A stretch of 64,000 nucleotides of DNA from a virus: UHGV virus genome UHGV-0204105; one strand, written 5' to 3'. Shown piece after piece: positions 47,003 to 56,803 of the stretch. Below the pieces are notes generated by a model, which searched no databases, was not told the DNA's origin, and saw only the letters and a program-made list of their open reading frames with translations. Positions within the stretch are counted from its first letter, which is position 1. Each line of letters opens with the position of its first letter. Both the position numbers and the translations under genes were made by a program.

Positions 47003-49563
47003 TGGCAGTGAACGAAATCGGGCTTCCGGCGTTGCATCCTCGGCAAGGTTGCGTGCTGAAAACGGACGCTACAGAGATTTTGTACGGCGGGGCTGCGGGG
47101 GGCGGAAAAGCCCTATGGGTTGAAACGCCTATTTTGACCACTTCCGGCTTTAAGAGAATGGCTGATGTGCATATTGGTGATATCGTTTTTGACGAAAACG
47201 GGAAAGCATGCAATGTCATAGCTGAAACGCCAATTTTAGGAGATAGGCCATGCCGGAAAGTCGTTTTTGATGATGGGTCTAAACTCATTGCCGATGATTT
47301 GCATCAGTGGGTGACAAAGACCGACGCGCAACGGGAAGCGGAACACAAAAGAACGCCCGAATATCGCGCGAATCGGCGCGCAAAACGTCCCTTGCGTGGC
47401 ATGGGCAAGCGTCCGGATTTAGCAATTGCAAACTCAAAACGCGTGTATTGCAACGATGACCGCAAGTTTGAATCTGTCGTAACGACGGAAACCATTGCGG
47501 CAACTTTGCGAGTGCGTGGACGGCTGAATCACTCTGTAGCAGTTTGCGGGGCAGTTGAAATGCCGGAATCGCGGGAGGAACTGATAATCCCTCCTTATGT
47601 GCTAGGGTTGTGGCTTGGTGATGGTAACTCCGACGGTTGCGGATTTTCCACGGGCGATGACGATGTTATCCCTTACATCCGCGCTTGCGGATTTGAAGTT
47701 ACCAAACGCGCGGCGAAATACAAGTGGGGGATAATCGGTTTAACTCCGCTCCTTAAACGCCTGAATCTGATACACAATAAGCATGTGCCGGAACGGTATC
47801 TTTTTACCACGATTGAAAACCGCATGGAACTTTTGCGCGGCTTTATGGATTCCGACGGGACTGTTGGCGAGAATGGACATTGTGAGTACACCAGTATAAA
47901 CAAAGACATTGCGGTATCGGTATGCTTTTTGCTTAACTCACTTGGCATCAAAGCAACTCTTGCGCATGGTATAGCGCGTCTAAATAGCAAAGATTGCGGC
48001 ATAAAATACCGCGTGCGCTTTATCCCGTGGCAAGCTGATATAACTCGATTGGACAGATACAAAAAACGCATAAAAACGGCGCGTACACCATACTCGCGGC
48101 GTCGAATGATTGTATCTGCGGAGCGTTGTAAAAGCGTGCCTGTCAAGTGTATACAAGTTGATTCCGCGTCCAGCTGTTATCTTGCCGGAAAAAGCTGTAT
48201 TCCCACGCACAATTCATTTTTGATGCGCATTTTTGCCATTATGCTCTGCGATAACGTCAAGGGCTTGCAAGTATACCTTTTCCGGCGGTTGAGTGATGAC
48301 CTTTTGAAAAACCATTTTGAGGGCGAGACGGGCTTTCCGGCGTTGCTTGCAGAGGCGGTGGAACATAAGAGCGTCCGCATTACGACTAACCCGCCAAAAA
48401 TCCGCTTTATCGAATCTGGGAGCACTATACATTTGTGCCATTGCCAGTACGAAAAAGATGTCATGAAGTATCAGGGCGCGGAAATCGGCGTTCTGCTGAT
48501 TGACGAATTGACGCACTTTACAGAGTATCAATACCGTTTTTTGCGCGGTCGCTGTCGAGTGTCAAAACAAGTCGCGATTGATCCGGCGATCAGGAAATTG
48601 ATACCGAATCTGACTTTCCCGAAGATTTTGTGCGGGTCTAACCCCGGCGGTCCGGGGCATAACTGGGTTAAATCGATGTTCATTGACCCTCAACCCGCCG
48701 AAACGATATGGAAAACATCCGCATCGGAAGGCGGCATGCTCCGGCAGTTTGTGCCGGCGAAGCTGTCGGATAACCCGTCTTTGAATCAGGAGGAATACGC
48801 GAATCGCTTGCGCGGATTAGGGCAAGACTGGCTGATTAAAGCCATGCTCGAAGGTGACTGGAACATCACGGCGGGAGGGGCAGTTGATGACCTATGGAAC
48901 GAACAGATTCACGTTATGCCACGCTTCAAGATTCCGGAATCGTGGTACATTGTCAAGAGTTACGATGATGGCAACTCGCACCCGTGGGCGGTCGGCTGGT
49001 TTGCTGTATCTGATGGCACGGATTACATAACAGCGGACGGAGAAAAGCGACCGACAATTGCCGGAGATGCTTTTTTGATACAAGAGCTTTACGGTTCCAC
49101 AGGCAAGGCGAACGAGGGAGACAAGTCAAGCATCAGAGACCGTGCAGAGCGTATCAAGGAAACGGAGGCTATGCTCGGTTATCGCGTTGATGAAAGTATT
49201 GCCGATTCTGCAATTTTTGCTTCAACGTCGGCGGCACAAGTGACTGTTGCGAAGCAGTTTGAAGAGTACGGCGTGTTTTTTGCGCCATGTAACAAAGCGC
49301 CGGGAACTCGGCATCAGATGTTGACGCTACTTAGGGAGCGTCTTACAGGCGCAATCGAGCGCGACGCTGACGCGGGCTTGTTTGTGTTCGACCATTGCCG
49401 TAATTTCATCCGGACGGTTCCAGTTTTACAGCGCTCTCAAAGAGACCCTGACGACGTGGATACCACGCAGGAAGACCACATCTATGACTTGACGGGGTAT
49501 TTCTTGCTTGGCGAGTATGCGTCCCGTAAAATCGTGGTTGCATCGGCTGGTAATGTGGGCTGA
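46999..49563 (+). CDS. terL: Terminase large subunit containing an intein
   Basis: YGGAAGGGK|S Walker A, IDELTHF Walker B, SNPGGPGH, L.GDW, EDHIYD. Confidence 0.92.
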   Translation: MMAVNEIGLPALHPRQGCVLKTDATEILYGGAAGGGKALWVETPILTTSGFKRMADVHIGDIVFDENGKACNVIAETPILGDRPCRKVVFDDGSKLIADDLHQWVTKTDAQREAEHKRTPEYRANRRAKRPLRGMGKRPDLAIANSKRVYCNDDRKFESVVTTETIAATLRVRGRLNHSVAVCGAVEMPESREELIIPPYVLGLWLGDGNSDGCGFSTGDDDVIPYIRACGFEVTKRAAKYKWGIIGLTPLLKRLNLIHNKHVPERYLFTTIENRMELLRGFMDSDGTVGENGHCEYTSINKDIAVSVCFLLNSLGIKATLAHGIARLNSKDCGIKYRVRFIPWQADITRLDRYKKRIKTARTPYSRRRMIVSAERCKSVPVKCIQVDSASSCYLAGKSCIPTHNSFLMRIFAIMLCDNVKGLQVYLFRRLSDDLLKNHFEGETGFPALLAEAVEHKSVRITTNPPKIRFIESGSTIHLCHCQYEKDVMKYQGAEIGVLLIDELTHFTEYQYRFLRGRCRVSKQVAIDPAIRKLIPNLTFPKILCGSNPGGPGHNWVKSMFIDPQPAETIWKTSASEGGMLRQFVPAKLSDNPSLNQEEYANRLRGLGQDWLIKAMLEGDWNITAGGAVDDLWNEQIHVMPRFKIPESWYIVKSYDDGNSHPWAVGWFAVSDGTDYITADGEKRPTIAGDAFLIQELYGSTGKANEGDKSSIRDRAERIKETEAMLGYRVDESIADSAIFASTSAAQVTVAKQFEEYGVFFAPCNKAPGTRHQMLTLLRERLTGAIERDADAGLFVFDHCRNFIRTVPVLQRSQRDPDDVDTTQEDHIYDLTGYFLLGEYASRKIVVASAGNVG
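47110..48213 (+). mobile_element. Class 3-type intein (368 aa) with LAGLIDADG endonuclease
   Basis: Begins with Ala (ALWVETPI); block B ADDLHQW; block F VKCIQV; ends IPTHN|S; YVLGLWLGDG and LLRGFMDSDG. Confidence 0.88.
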
Positions 49564-49627
49564 CAGTTGACAAGAATAGCTTAAATGTGGGCAAAATGGC
49601 AAAAAACATTGAAACAGGGAGCCGGAT

Positions 49628-51169
49628 ATGGCAGAAATAAGACGCGATGAAGAACCGAAACTTTCCGAATTTGCATTCAGTGATTATGATGACTTTGTGG
49701 CACGTCGTCGGCGTGTTGCTGATTGCTTAGGTGGACAGCTGATAGTTAAAGGTGAAGCGGATAAGTACCTTCCGCGCGACAAGTGGCAGAAAGAACACAC
49801 CGAAGATTACGCGGCATATCTCAATCGAGCCCTGTTTTTCAATTACACTCGAAAAGCGTTGAATCGATACGTCGGAATGCTTGATATGGGAGAGCCTGAC
49901 ATTGCGTTCGGTTCTGACAAGCTCGAATTCATGCGCGATACGGCAACACAGTTCGGCGACGGGCTGAAAGCACTACAGAGGCGTGTCAATTCCGCACAAT
50001 TGTCGCGCGGGCTGATTTGTCTTTTGCTGGAATCAACAGGAGACAATGAACGCCCCTTTGTTATTCAAACTTACGACGCAAACGCTTTTTTACGCGCAGA
50101 TTTTGTGACGGTTGACGGCAAGAGCGAAATCAAGTTTGTGTTGCTTGATGAATCTGGCTATGACTACAACCCCACGACAAAACAGGACGAATACAAGTAC
50201 CGCATGCGCGTTCTTGGAATCGACGGACGCGGCTACTACTATCAGGCGGCAATATCGCCGGAAGAGTGGGCAAAATTTAACATAGACGATCCCTCCGGTG
50301 ACGTGGTTTATCCGGACTGCTTCGGAAAGCCGCTTGATAGAGTACCTTTTACGTGGTGCGGAGCGTCAAATCTTTCCGGAAAAGACTTTCAGGAACCGCC
50401 TATTTTGAACGTGGCGGATGCGGAAATTTCACTTTACCAGCTTTACGCGGATTTTCGGCAAGTGATGTTTATGACTGGACAAACGCCTCTGGTTGTCACC
50501 GGGCTTAAGGGCAAGGTTGATGAGATCAACAAGTCCCTTAGTGCGCTTAAGGTCGGTTCCGGTGCTGTTATGGGCTTGCCTGAAGGAGCTAATGCGGGCT
50601 ATCTTGAGATGGCGGCAAGCTCCTTGCAAACGATTTCCGGAGAAGTTGAGACTTTGAAAAAGCTCTGTACGGATGACGCGTTGAGTATTGGTGATGCACT
50701 GGGTAACGAATCCGGCGTTGCTTTGCAGTTGCGCGTTGATTCTAACACATCCCCCTTGCAGATTATCAACTCAACAGCGGGAGATGCGATTACAGATCAG
50801 TTGCGCTATGCGGCGCGTTGGCTTGGCTTGTCCGATGATGAGATACTTGAGACACGTTACACGCCGTCCAAAGACTTTGCGGAAGCGAATCTCACGGTAC
50901 AAGAGCTTGTTGCCATTGAAAGCTCGGAATCGCTCACGCAAGAGGAAAAGCGCAAGGCGTGGACAGATAACGGTTACGGCAACCCGAAAATTACGTTTGA
51001 TGAGTTTTTGGACCAGAAAGACGCCGACACGGAGCGCAGTATGGCGGGCGCAATGTCGCAGATGATGACAGGCAACACGGCAACGGGGAATCCGTTTGCA
51101 ACTACTGGAAACGGCGGCAACGAACAAGCTAAAGAGAGCGTAAACAATGGCAACGAGAAGAACGCTTGA
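49628..51169 (+). CDS. Portal protein (DUF4055-like)
   Basis: YLP...Y.AYL.RA.FFN; PPIL..A....YQ..AD; ESGVAL..R; follows TerL. Confidence 0.8.
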   Translation: MAEIRRDEEPKLSEFAFSDYDDFVARRRRVADCLGGQLIVKGEADKYLPRDKWQKEHTEDYAAYLNRALFFNYTRKALNRYVGMLDMGEPDIAFGSDKLEFMRDTATQFGDGLKALQRRVNSAQLSRGLICLLLESTGDNERPFVIQTYDANAFLRADFVTVDGKSEIKFVLLDESGYDYNPTTKQDEYKYRMRVLGIDGRGYYYQAAISPEEWAKFNIDDPSGDVVYPDCFGKPLDRVPFTWCGASNLSGKDFQEPPILNVADAEISLYQLYADFRQVMFMTGQTPLVVTGLKGKVDEINKSLSALKVGSGAVMGLPEGANAGYLEMAASSLQTISGEVETLKKLCTDDALSIGDALGNESGVALQLRVDSNTSPLQIINSTAGDAITDQLRYAARWLGLSDDEILETRYTPSKDFAEANLTVQELVAIESSESLTQEEKRKAWTDNGYGNPKITFDEFLDQKDADTERSMAGAMSQMMTGNTATGNPFATTGNGGNEQAKESVNNGNEKNA

Positions 51170-52091
51170 GGAACTTTCGGAACTCATTAATAATCACCTT
51201 GCCAATTTGCAGCGTATCGGCGTGAACTGGTCGGGCGATTTGCTGGAAAGATTGAACGATGTGCAATCCGAACTGATGGACTACATACTTTCCGCACAAA
51301 AGAGTTTCGGGAGTGCAGGGCTTGATTCCGGAACGAACAAACGATTGAAAATCATCAAAGCAAAAATCGAATCCCTGTTGAATCAAGCGTATTCGCAAGG
51401 ATACGACACTATCAGCGCACAGGCGGCTGGATTGGCTGAAAATGAAGCTAAGCATGCGGCAAGCCTTGTCCGGGCGATGACCGGAACGGCGGTTGCTCAA
51501 GTTGGGAAGCGGGCAATTGAAAACATCGTCAAATATGGACGTTTCAACGGGCTTACGCTTGCGGAGATGTTTAACTCGATGTCAGTTAAGGATGCGGACA
51601 AAATCTACACGACAGTAGCAAAAAACATCCTTTCCGGGTCCACTCCGCAAAGCCTGAAAAAAGCAGTTCAGCACGTCTTTGACGTATCAAATTACACGGC
51701 CAAAACGGTCGGTTTGACGTGCGCAAATGGCATATCAAACGACGCGAGGCTTGCTACTTTTGCACAAAACGACGATACTGTCAAAGGCGTTGAGATACTT
51801 AACTCACTTGATGGGAGGACTTGCTTAGCAAGGGGTCAATTAATACAAACTCCGAATGGGGAAAAGCCCATTGAGACGGTTAAAACTGGCGATTTTGTGA
51901 TTGGGGGAAGTCAAAATAGACGTAGGGTGCTTGGAACGTCCACAAAGAAAGTGAAACAGATTGTAGTTGTTACTCTTTCAAATGGAGAAAAGATAAGATG
52001 CACAGCAGATCATTTATTCCTGATGGAAAACAAGGAGTGGAAAGATGCAGGGAAGCTTAGAATTGGCGAAAGACTTGCCGAAAGTCTTTAA
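51147..52091 (+). CDS. Minor head (SPP1 gp7/MuF-like) N-extein plus split intein N-half (51822-52088)
   Basis: LDGRT|CLARGQLIQTPNGEKPIE...G.KIRCTADHLF...W..AG.L..GE.L-stop. Confidence 0.85.
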   Translation: MATRRTLEELSELINNHLANLQRIGVNWSGDLLERLNDVQSELMDYILSAQKSFGSAGLDSGTNKRLKIIKAKIESLLNQAYSQGYDTISAQAAGLAENEAKHAASLVRAMTGTAVAQVGKRAIENIVKYGRFNGLTLAEMFNSMSVKDADKIYTTVAKNILSGSTPQSLKKAVQHVFDVSNYTAKTVGLTCANGISNDARLATFAQNDDTVKGVEILNSLDGRTCLARGQLIQTPNGEKPIETVKTGDFVIGGSQNRRRVLGTSTKKVKQIVVVTLSNGEKIRCTADHLFLMENKEWKDAGKLRIGERLAESL

Positions 52092-52875
52092 ATGCCTTGT
52101 TTGTGGCAAGACTTTTTGTGACAAAAAACACGCTAAACGTAAATATTGCTCGCCGGAGTGTCAACATAAAGGCAGACAAAAAAGAAACGGCATGACATGC
52201 CATTGGTGCGGCAAAAAGTTCAAGGCAACTGATGACGAGAATTTTTTCTGCTCTAGGCAATGTTATGATTCGTTTCGGGCAGAAAAAATAAAGCAAAGAA
52301 TGCGTCCTTGTAAAGTGTGCGGTACTATGTTTGATCCAACTAAACATGAGGCAGATTATTGCTCTAACGAATGTTGGAGAAGAGACCAAACCGCAAAACT
52401 TTTGCGTTTTTGTGTTGCGTGTGGGCAAATGTTTGTTCCGTGGAGGGGTGATGTTTTCCATGATATTCCGATTACGTGCTCATCAAAATGTTTGGAGATA
52501 TATTCCAAACAGCAAGAAGAAATTAGACGCAAAAAAATTTCTTTGGCGTTTCGCGGCGCTAATCATCCAGCATGGCTTGGTGGAAAACAGACTTGGAGAG
52601 GTGAAAACTGGAAATGGCAGAGAAGTGTTGCTCTAAAAAGAGATGGTTATAAATGTTGTTCTTGCGGAATATCCAACAAGGCACATAAAAAGAAATACAA
52701 GAGCTCTCTAGAAGTACACCATATAAAGCCATTTCGTTTTTTTGAGAATGATTACATGGCAGCTAATGATTTGAAAAATTTAATAACGCTTTGCATTAGC
52801 TGTCATAAAAAAGCTGAATACGAATACTATAGGAGGCATCCGGATGTTGTATGTCGCAAACATAGAAGTTGTTGA
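52045..52875 (+). CDS. Free-standing HNH homing endonuclease with Zn-finger repeats
   Basis: Four CxxC..CSxxC units; HPAWLGG; RDGYKC..CG...LEVHHIKP...NLITLCISCH; AGGAG RBS. Confidence 0.88.
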   Translation: MQGSLELAKDLPKVFKCLVCGKTFCDKKHAKRKYCSPECQHKGRQKRNGMTCHWCGKKFKATDDENFFCSRQCYDSFRAEKIKQRMRPCKVCGTMFDPTKHEADYCSNECWRRDQTAKLLRFCVACGQMFVPWRGDVFHDIPITCSSKCLEIYSKQQEEIRRKKISLAFRGANHPAWLGGKQTWRGENWKWQRSVALKRDGYKCCSCGISNKAHKKKYKSSLEVHHIKPFRFFENDYMAANDLKNLITLCISCHKKAEYEYYRRHPDVVCRKHRSC

Positions 52876-53461
52876 AGAAGAAGTAGATGTCTTCGATATT
52901 ACGGTTGAAACAGACGAATCGTTTATATGTGCTGGGGCTGTTTTGCACAATTGCCCCACGTGCGCACAAATCGGGGGCTTACGCTTTGCGGTTGATGCAA
53001 AAGATATACCAGTTCTTCCGGTACATCCGCGTTGCCGATGTTGCTATATCCCTGTTACGGTTCTCTCTGATATGTCAGAAGTTACACGCCCGGCGGCGAA
53101 TGCCGATTTTATGGCAGAGGCAAAAAGGGCATATGAGGCAAAACGTCCGGACAAGAACTGGGAGGCATTGGCTGAAAGCTCGAAAAAGCGGTACTATCAC
53201 AAAGCAATTCACGCATACGAAGAGCGCACGGGGAAACCAGCGTTTCGGCAAGTTTCCGGCGCCATGACTTTTGCGGAATACTTTGAGTCTCAAGATGAGC
53301 AGTTCAAGCGGGATTGGCTAAAGCCCACTAGATACAGATTGTACAAAAAGGGTATGCTGTCCCTGAACGATATGATGGACCCGGCAACGGACCGTTTTTT
53401 TACGCTTTCCGAACTCAAAAAACGCGATATTGACGCTTTTAAAAAGGCTGGGTTGATGTGA
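52844..53461 (+). CDS. Split intein C-half (52844-52951) plus MuF C-extein
   Basis: AGGAGG RBS; VFDITVE..ESF...G.VLHN|CPTC...LPVHPRCRCC. Confidence 0.88.
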   Translation: MLYVANIEVVEEEVDVFDITVETDESFICAGAVLHNCPTCAQIGGLRFAVDAKDIPVLPVHPRCRCCYIPVTVLSDMSEVTRPAANADFMAEAKRAYEAKRPDKNWEALAESSKKRYYHKAIHAYEERTGKPAFRQVSGAMTFAEYFESQDEQFKRDWLKPTRYRLYKKGMLSLNDMMDPATDRFFTLSELKKRDIDAFKKAGLM

Positions 53462-53554
53462 TGAAATCGTGTTTAGGTTGACAACTTTTTCCTAGTTTAG
53501 AAAGTTGCAAACATGATGTTTGTAACGAAAAAAACAAACTAGGAGTGGTCAATC

Positions 53555-54265
53555 ATGGGATTGCAATTTAAAGTCGAAAATCTGAACAATGTGGCAGAGG
53601 AATTCAAGAAGCTTTACACAGAGCGCGATGGCGCGTTTTATCTGGATGTTGAAGGGATGCCCTCCGGCAAGACAGATGAGGATGTGAAGAAACTGCAAAA
53701 CGCGCTTGAAAAAGAGCGGAACGACCACAAAGCGGCAAAAGAGAAAATCCGCGCATTTGTGGACGAATTCGGCGATTCGGAAAGCATCCGGGAGCGGTTT
53801 GATGAGCTTGAAAACCTAAAGTCGAGCGGCGGGAAGTCGAACGAAGAGTTGCTGGACTACAAAAAGCGGCTCCGTGCGACGGAGAAAGAGCGCGACAGCT
53901 ACAAGACGCAGTTTGAAGCGCGTCAGAAACGCCTTGACGAACTGGAGGCAGTCGACAAAAGAACGAAGGTTCACGGCAAGCTGAAAGAAATCGTTGAAGC
54001 GCTTGATGCGAAATACGACAAATCGAAAATCTACTCCATGCTCGAGGATTATGAGGATATGTTTGCGCTCGATGAAGTCGGCGATCTTGCACCTTTCAAG
54101 GGCAAGGCTGTTAAAGACTGGATTCCGGCAAAAGCGGACCTTTTCAACTGCTACGTTGCCTCAACTCCGGGCGGTTCCAAACCGGGAAATGGACCTTGTG
54201 GAGCTGAAAAAGCGGGTTCCACGGGAGACATTTTCTTGGATATTGCGAACACGCTGAAGGGCTAA
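53555..54265 (+). CDS. Capsid scaffolding protein
   Basis: LYTERDGAFYLDVEG..KLQNALEKER coiled coil; lies before the MCP. Confidence 0.7.
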   Translation: MGLQFKVENLNNVAEEFKKLYTERDGAFYLDVEGMPSGKTDEDVKKLQNALEKERNDHKAAKEKIRAFVDEFGDSESIRERFDELENLKSSGGKSNEELLDYKKRLRATEKERDSYKTQFEARQKRLDELEAVDKRTKVHGKLKEIVEALDAKYDKSKIYSMLEDYEDMFALDEVGDLAPFKGKAVKDWIPAKADLFNCYVASTPGGSKPGNGPCGAEKAGSTGDIFLDIANTLKG

Positions 54266-54321
54266 AACATACACAAAAAAACAAGAAAACCATACATAAC
54301 AAAAAAGAAAGGCTGTAAAGC

Positions 54322-55272
54322 ATGAAAAACAACATGTATGAAGTCGCGGTCGGATTGGCTCCGAAGCAGAGTCAGCTTATCGACTATCTCGTGGAGGATG
54401 CTGTTATTGTGAAGGAAATTCCTTTTCAGGCGGCAACTCATGGAATCAAGAACGTCTTTGAGCGTGTGAAGGACGTTACGGGCCCCACTCTGGTTGACCT
54501 TGACGCACCGCTCCCGCTGGTTACCGCTCTCACTGAGCTCGGTGAAACGCCGCTTTTCAAGATTGGCGGCAAGCTCGAAATCGGCAAGGATAAAGCGGAG
54601 GCAATGCGCGGGAAAGAAGAGTATCTCCGTCGCCGTCTTCCGGCTATCCTCAAGCTTGCGGGCGCGTCCCTTGACAAGGCAATCTATTATGATGTCATGC
54701 TCAAACGCGCGATGGAAATGAAGCGCGTCAAGTCCTGCACAGCGTCAGTCACTGACACCAGCGAGAAAAAGTACTACTCTATGGTCGCCATCCGCTGGTC
54801 CGCTGGCGAAAACTGCGGACTGTACAACAACAACCGCATGAACGGAAGCGCGGAAGGTTCTTTCTTCACCATGGATAACCTTTGGGGAGGACAGCTCGGC
54901 ACGCTCTCCGGCGGTGAAACCGGATGGGCGATTGATGTTACTTCGATGATTGGTCTTCAGATCGAAAATCCAAAGTATATCATGGGATTTGTCAACATCA
55001 CGGAGGACAATCTGCCCTCTTACGCGGACCTTATCGGAATCGCCAATGGCGTGCGTGGAAACGGCGCGAATTCCCGAATTTACGCATCCCCGGAACTGGC
55101 AGATATCCTTGCCTCCAAATACAGCCGCGCGGCGGGCGACAATTCCTTCAGCTCGCTGGTTACTGTTGATACGGAAGGCAATGTCCGAATCAAAGGTATT
55201 CCGGTTGTTGGAGACTACAACATCCTCGCCGGAACTGAAGCTGGAATTCTCACATCTACCCTTGCGGCTTGA
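54322..55272 (+). CDS. Major capsid protein
   Basis: 316 aa after the scaffold gene; biased codon usage; I..EIPF, GG.LEI.K, I.GIPV near the C-terminus. Confidence 0.7.
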   Translation: MKNNMYEVAVGLAPKQSQLIDYLVEDAVIVKEIPFQAATHGIKNVFERVKDVTGPTLVDLDAPLPLVTALTELGETPLFKIGGKLEIGKDKAEAMRGKEEYLRRRLPAILKLAGASLDKAIYYDVMLKRAMEMKRVKSCTASVTDTSEKKYYSMVAIRWSAGENCGLYNNNRMNGSAEGSFFTMDNLWGGQLGTLSGGETGWAIDVTSMIGLQIENPKYIMGFVNITEDNLPSYADLIGIANGVRGNGANSRIYASPELADILASKYSRAAGDNSFSSLVTVDTEGNVRIKGIPVVGDYNILAGTEAGILTSTLAA

Positions 55273-55295
55273 CGCAAGAGAAAGGCTAGGTAAAA

Positions 55296-55724
55296 ATGAA
55301 CGACATTGGAACACTCGAAAACATCAAGGAAGGACCGTTCTTCTATCATGACGCACCCTTCCGCGATAAGGCACTCGGCAACTCCGGGGCTATCGAATCG
55401 GGAACATTTGACATGGCTTGCACGCAGGGAGCACTGAAAATCATGCTCTTTGCTGTTACGGGCGCAACCGTGGCGGCAACGAAGACCGTCAAAGTCGAAC
55501 TTCTCGGAAGCGACAAGGAAGACGGCACGTATACCGTATACAAAACGGTTACGATTACGGGAGCGGAAACCACCGGGACCGCAATCACGGCTGACGAAAA
55601 ACAGCCGCTCGTGCAGTTTATCCCCGAACCGGACGCGCCGAAATATGGCAAACTCAAAATCACCACCGACAGCAACCTTTCTGCCGTCAAGGTGACTGCG
55701 AAGATCGGGTATATTGCCCGGTAA
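55296..55724 (+). CDS. Capsid cement/decoration-like protein
   Basis: Beta-rich, 142 aa, immediately after the MCP. Confidence 0.5.
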   Translation: MNDIGTLENIKEGPFFYHDAPFRDKALGNSGAIESGTFDMACTQGALKIMLFAVTGATVAATKTVKVELLGSDKEDGTYTVYKTVTITGAETTGTAITADEKQPLVQFIPEPDAPKYGKLKITTDSNLSAVKVTAKIGYIAR

Positions 55725-55798
55725 TCCGGATGCGGGCGGCGATAACATCAAAGCCCGCAAATATCTTTACAAAACGATTTTCAGGAGGCAACGATAAA

Positions 55799-56167
55799 AT
55801 GTATTTCAAGCTCTGTCAGAATTGCGACCGCTTTTTTTACTCTTCTGCGGCGTTTTCCGCGCACAAATGCAATGACCCTGATTGCGATGTGGGAGCGCCT
55901 GTAAAAGCGCGTGAAGCGACTGGAGACGCGAAAGAAACCGAAAAGACAGAAATTGCTCCAGTCCCGATTCCCCCGGCTGAAAACGCACCGTCGGCAGTTG
56001 ATGAAAAAAAACTCCGGAATCGCTTGCTGATTGCCGTCAAAAAGCGTCTTGCGGACAAAGGGATCGACTGCCAGACGCTCAAAATGGAACAGGCGAAAGC
56101 GCGGTATATTGAGGAGTTCGGCAAGCGCGATTTTGATGCCCTTGAAAAGGCGATTAAAGGGGCATAA
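55799..56167 (+). CDS. Hypothetical protein with an N-terminal Zn finger
   Basis: CQNCDRFF.......HKC; AGGAGG RBS. Confidence 0.55.
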   Translation: MYFKLCQNCDRFFYSSAAFSAHKCNDPDCDVGAPVKAREATGDAKETEKTEIAPVPIPPAENAPSAVDEKKLRNRLLIAVKKRLADKGIDCQTLKMEQAKARYIEEFGKRDFDALEKAIKGA

Positions 56168-56172
56168 GAATC

Positions 56173-56646
56173 ATGGCAGAAACACTCCCTGAACTTAAAT
56201 CGTATTGCTCGAAAGAGTGGGCAGATGCGTTCTTTTCGTCCTTTTTGTGGTCCACAAACTGGGATGGCGCGTCCGACAAGCAGAAACTCGCGGCATTGTG
56301 TACAGCGACTAACCTTATTCAGCGGTTTACGCTGTTTTACGATGACAGCGGGGAGGCGTTCACGTATGAACCGAACGGGTCGCTTGAGATCCCGGACCTT
56401 CTAAAGGAGGCAACAGCAAAAGAGGCTATCTATCTTTTGTCGCTTGATGAATCGATTATCGAACCGAACAGCTTGCTTACAATGGGCATTCAGTCGGCAA
56501 ACGGCGTTGTTTTCAGCAAAGATTTTCAGGGGGATATCTTGACCATATCTGTTCGAAACTTGATCCGCTCGATGGGCGGGGAAATCTTGCCGGGCGCAAG
56601 CGCGGATGAAAACGGGGCTATAGTGCAGGGGAGGACTGTACGATAA
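56173..56646 (+). CDS. Head-tail adaptor
   Basis: SY.S...ADAFF......W......K.AAL..AT; IP..LKEA....A.YLL. Confidence 0.6.
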   Translation: MAETLPELKSYCSKEWADAFFSSFLWSTNWDGASDKQKLAALCTATNLIQRFTLFYDDSGEAFTYEPNGSLEIPDLLKEATAKEAIYLLSLDESIIEPNSLLTMGIQSANGVVFSKDFQGDILTISVRNLIRSMGGEILPGASADENGAIVQGRTVR

Positions 56647-56803
56647 AACGATTTTTGCGGGAATAAGGGCGCACCTCCTCGCCCTGATGGTTTTGCCCCT
56701 GTACCAGTCTTTATGACAAAACAGGGGCTTTTTTATACCTTTTTGAGTTCAAGATTGACAATCTTGCCTTATGTGTAAAGTGATAACAAGGGAGCGTTGA
56801 AAC

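Noticed and set aside
52045..52875. Group I intron carrying the HNH gene
   Set aside because: The HNH ORF overlaps both flanking ORFs, leaving no non-coding room for a ribozyme core
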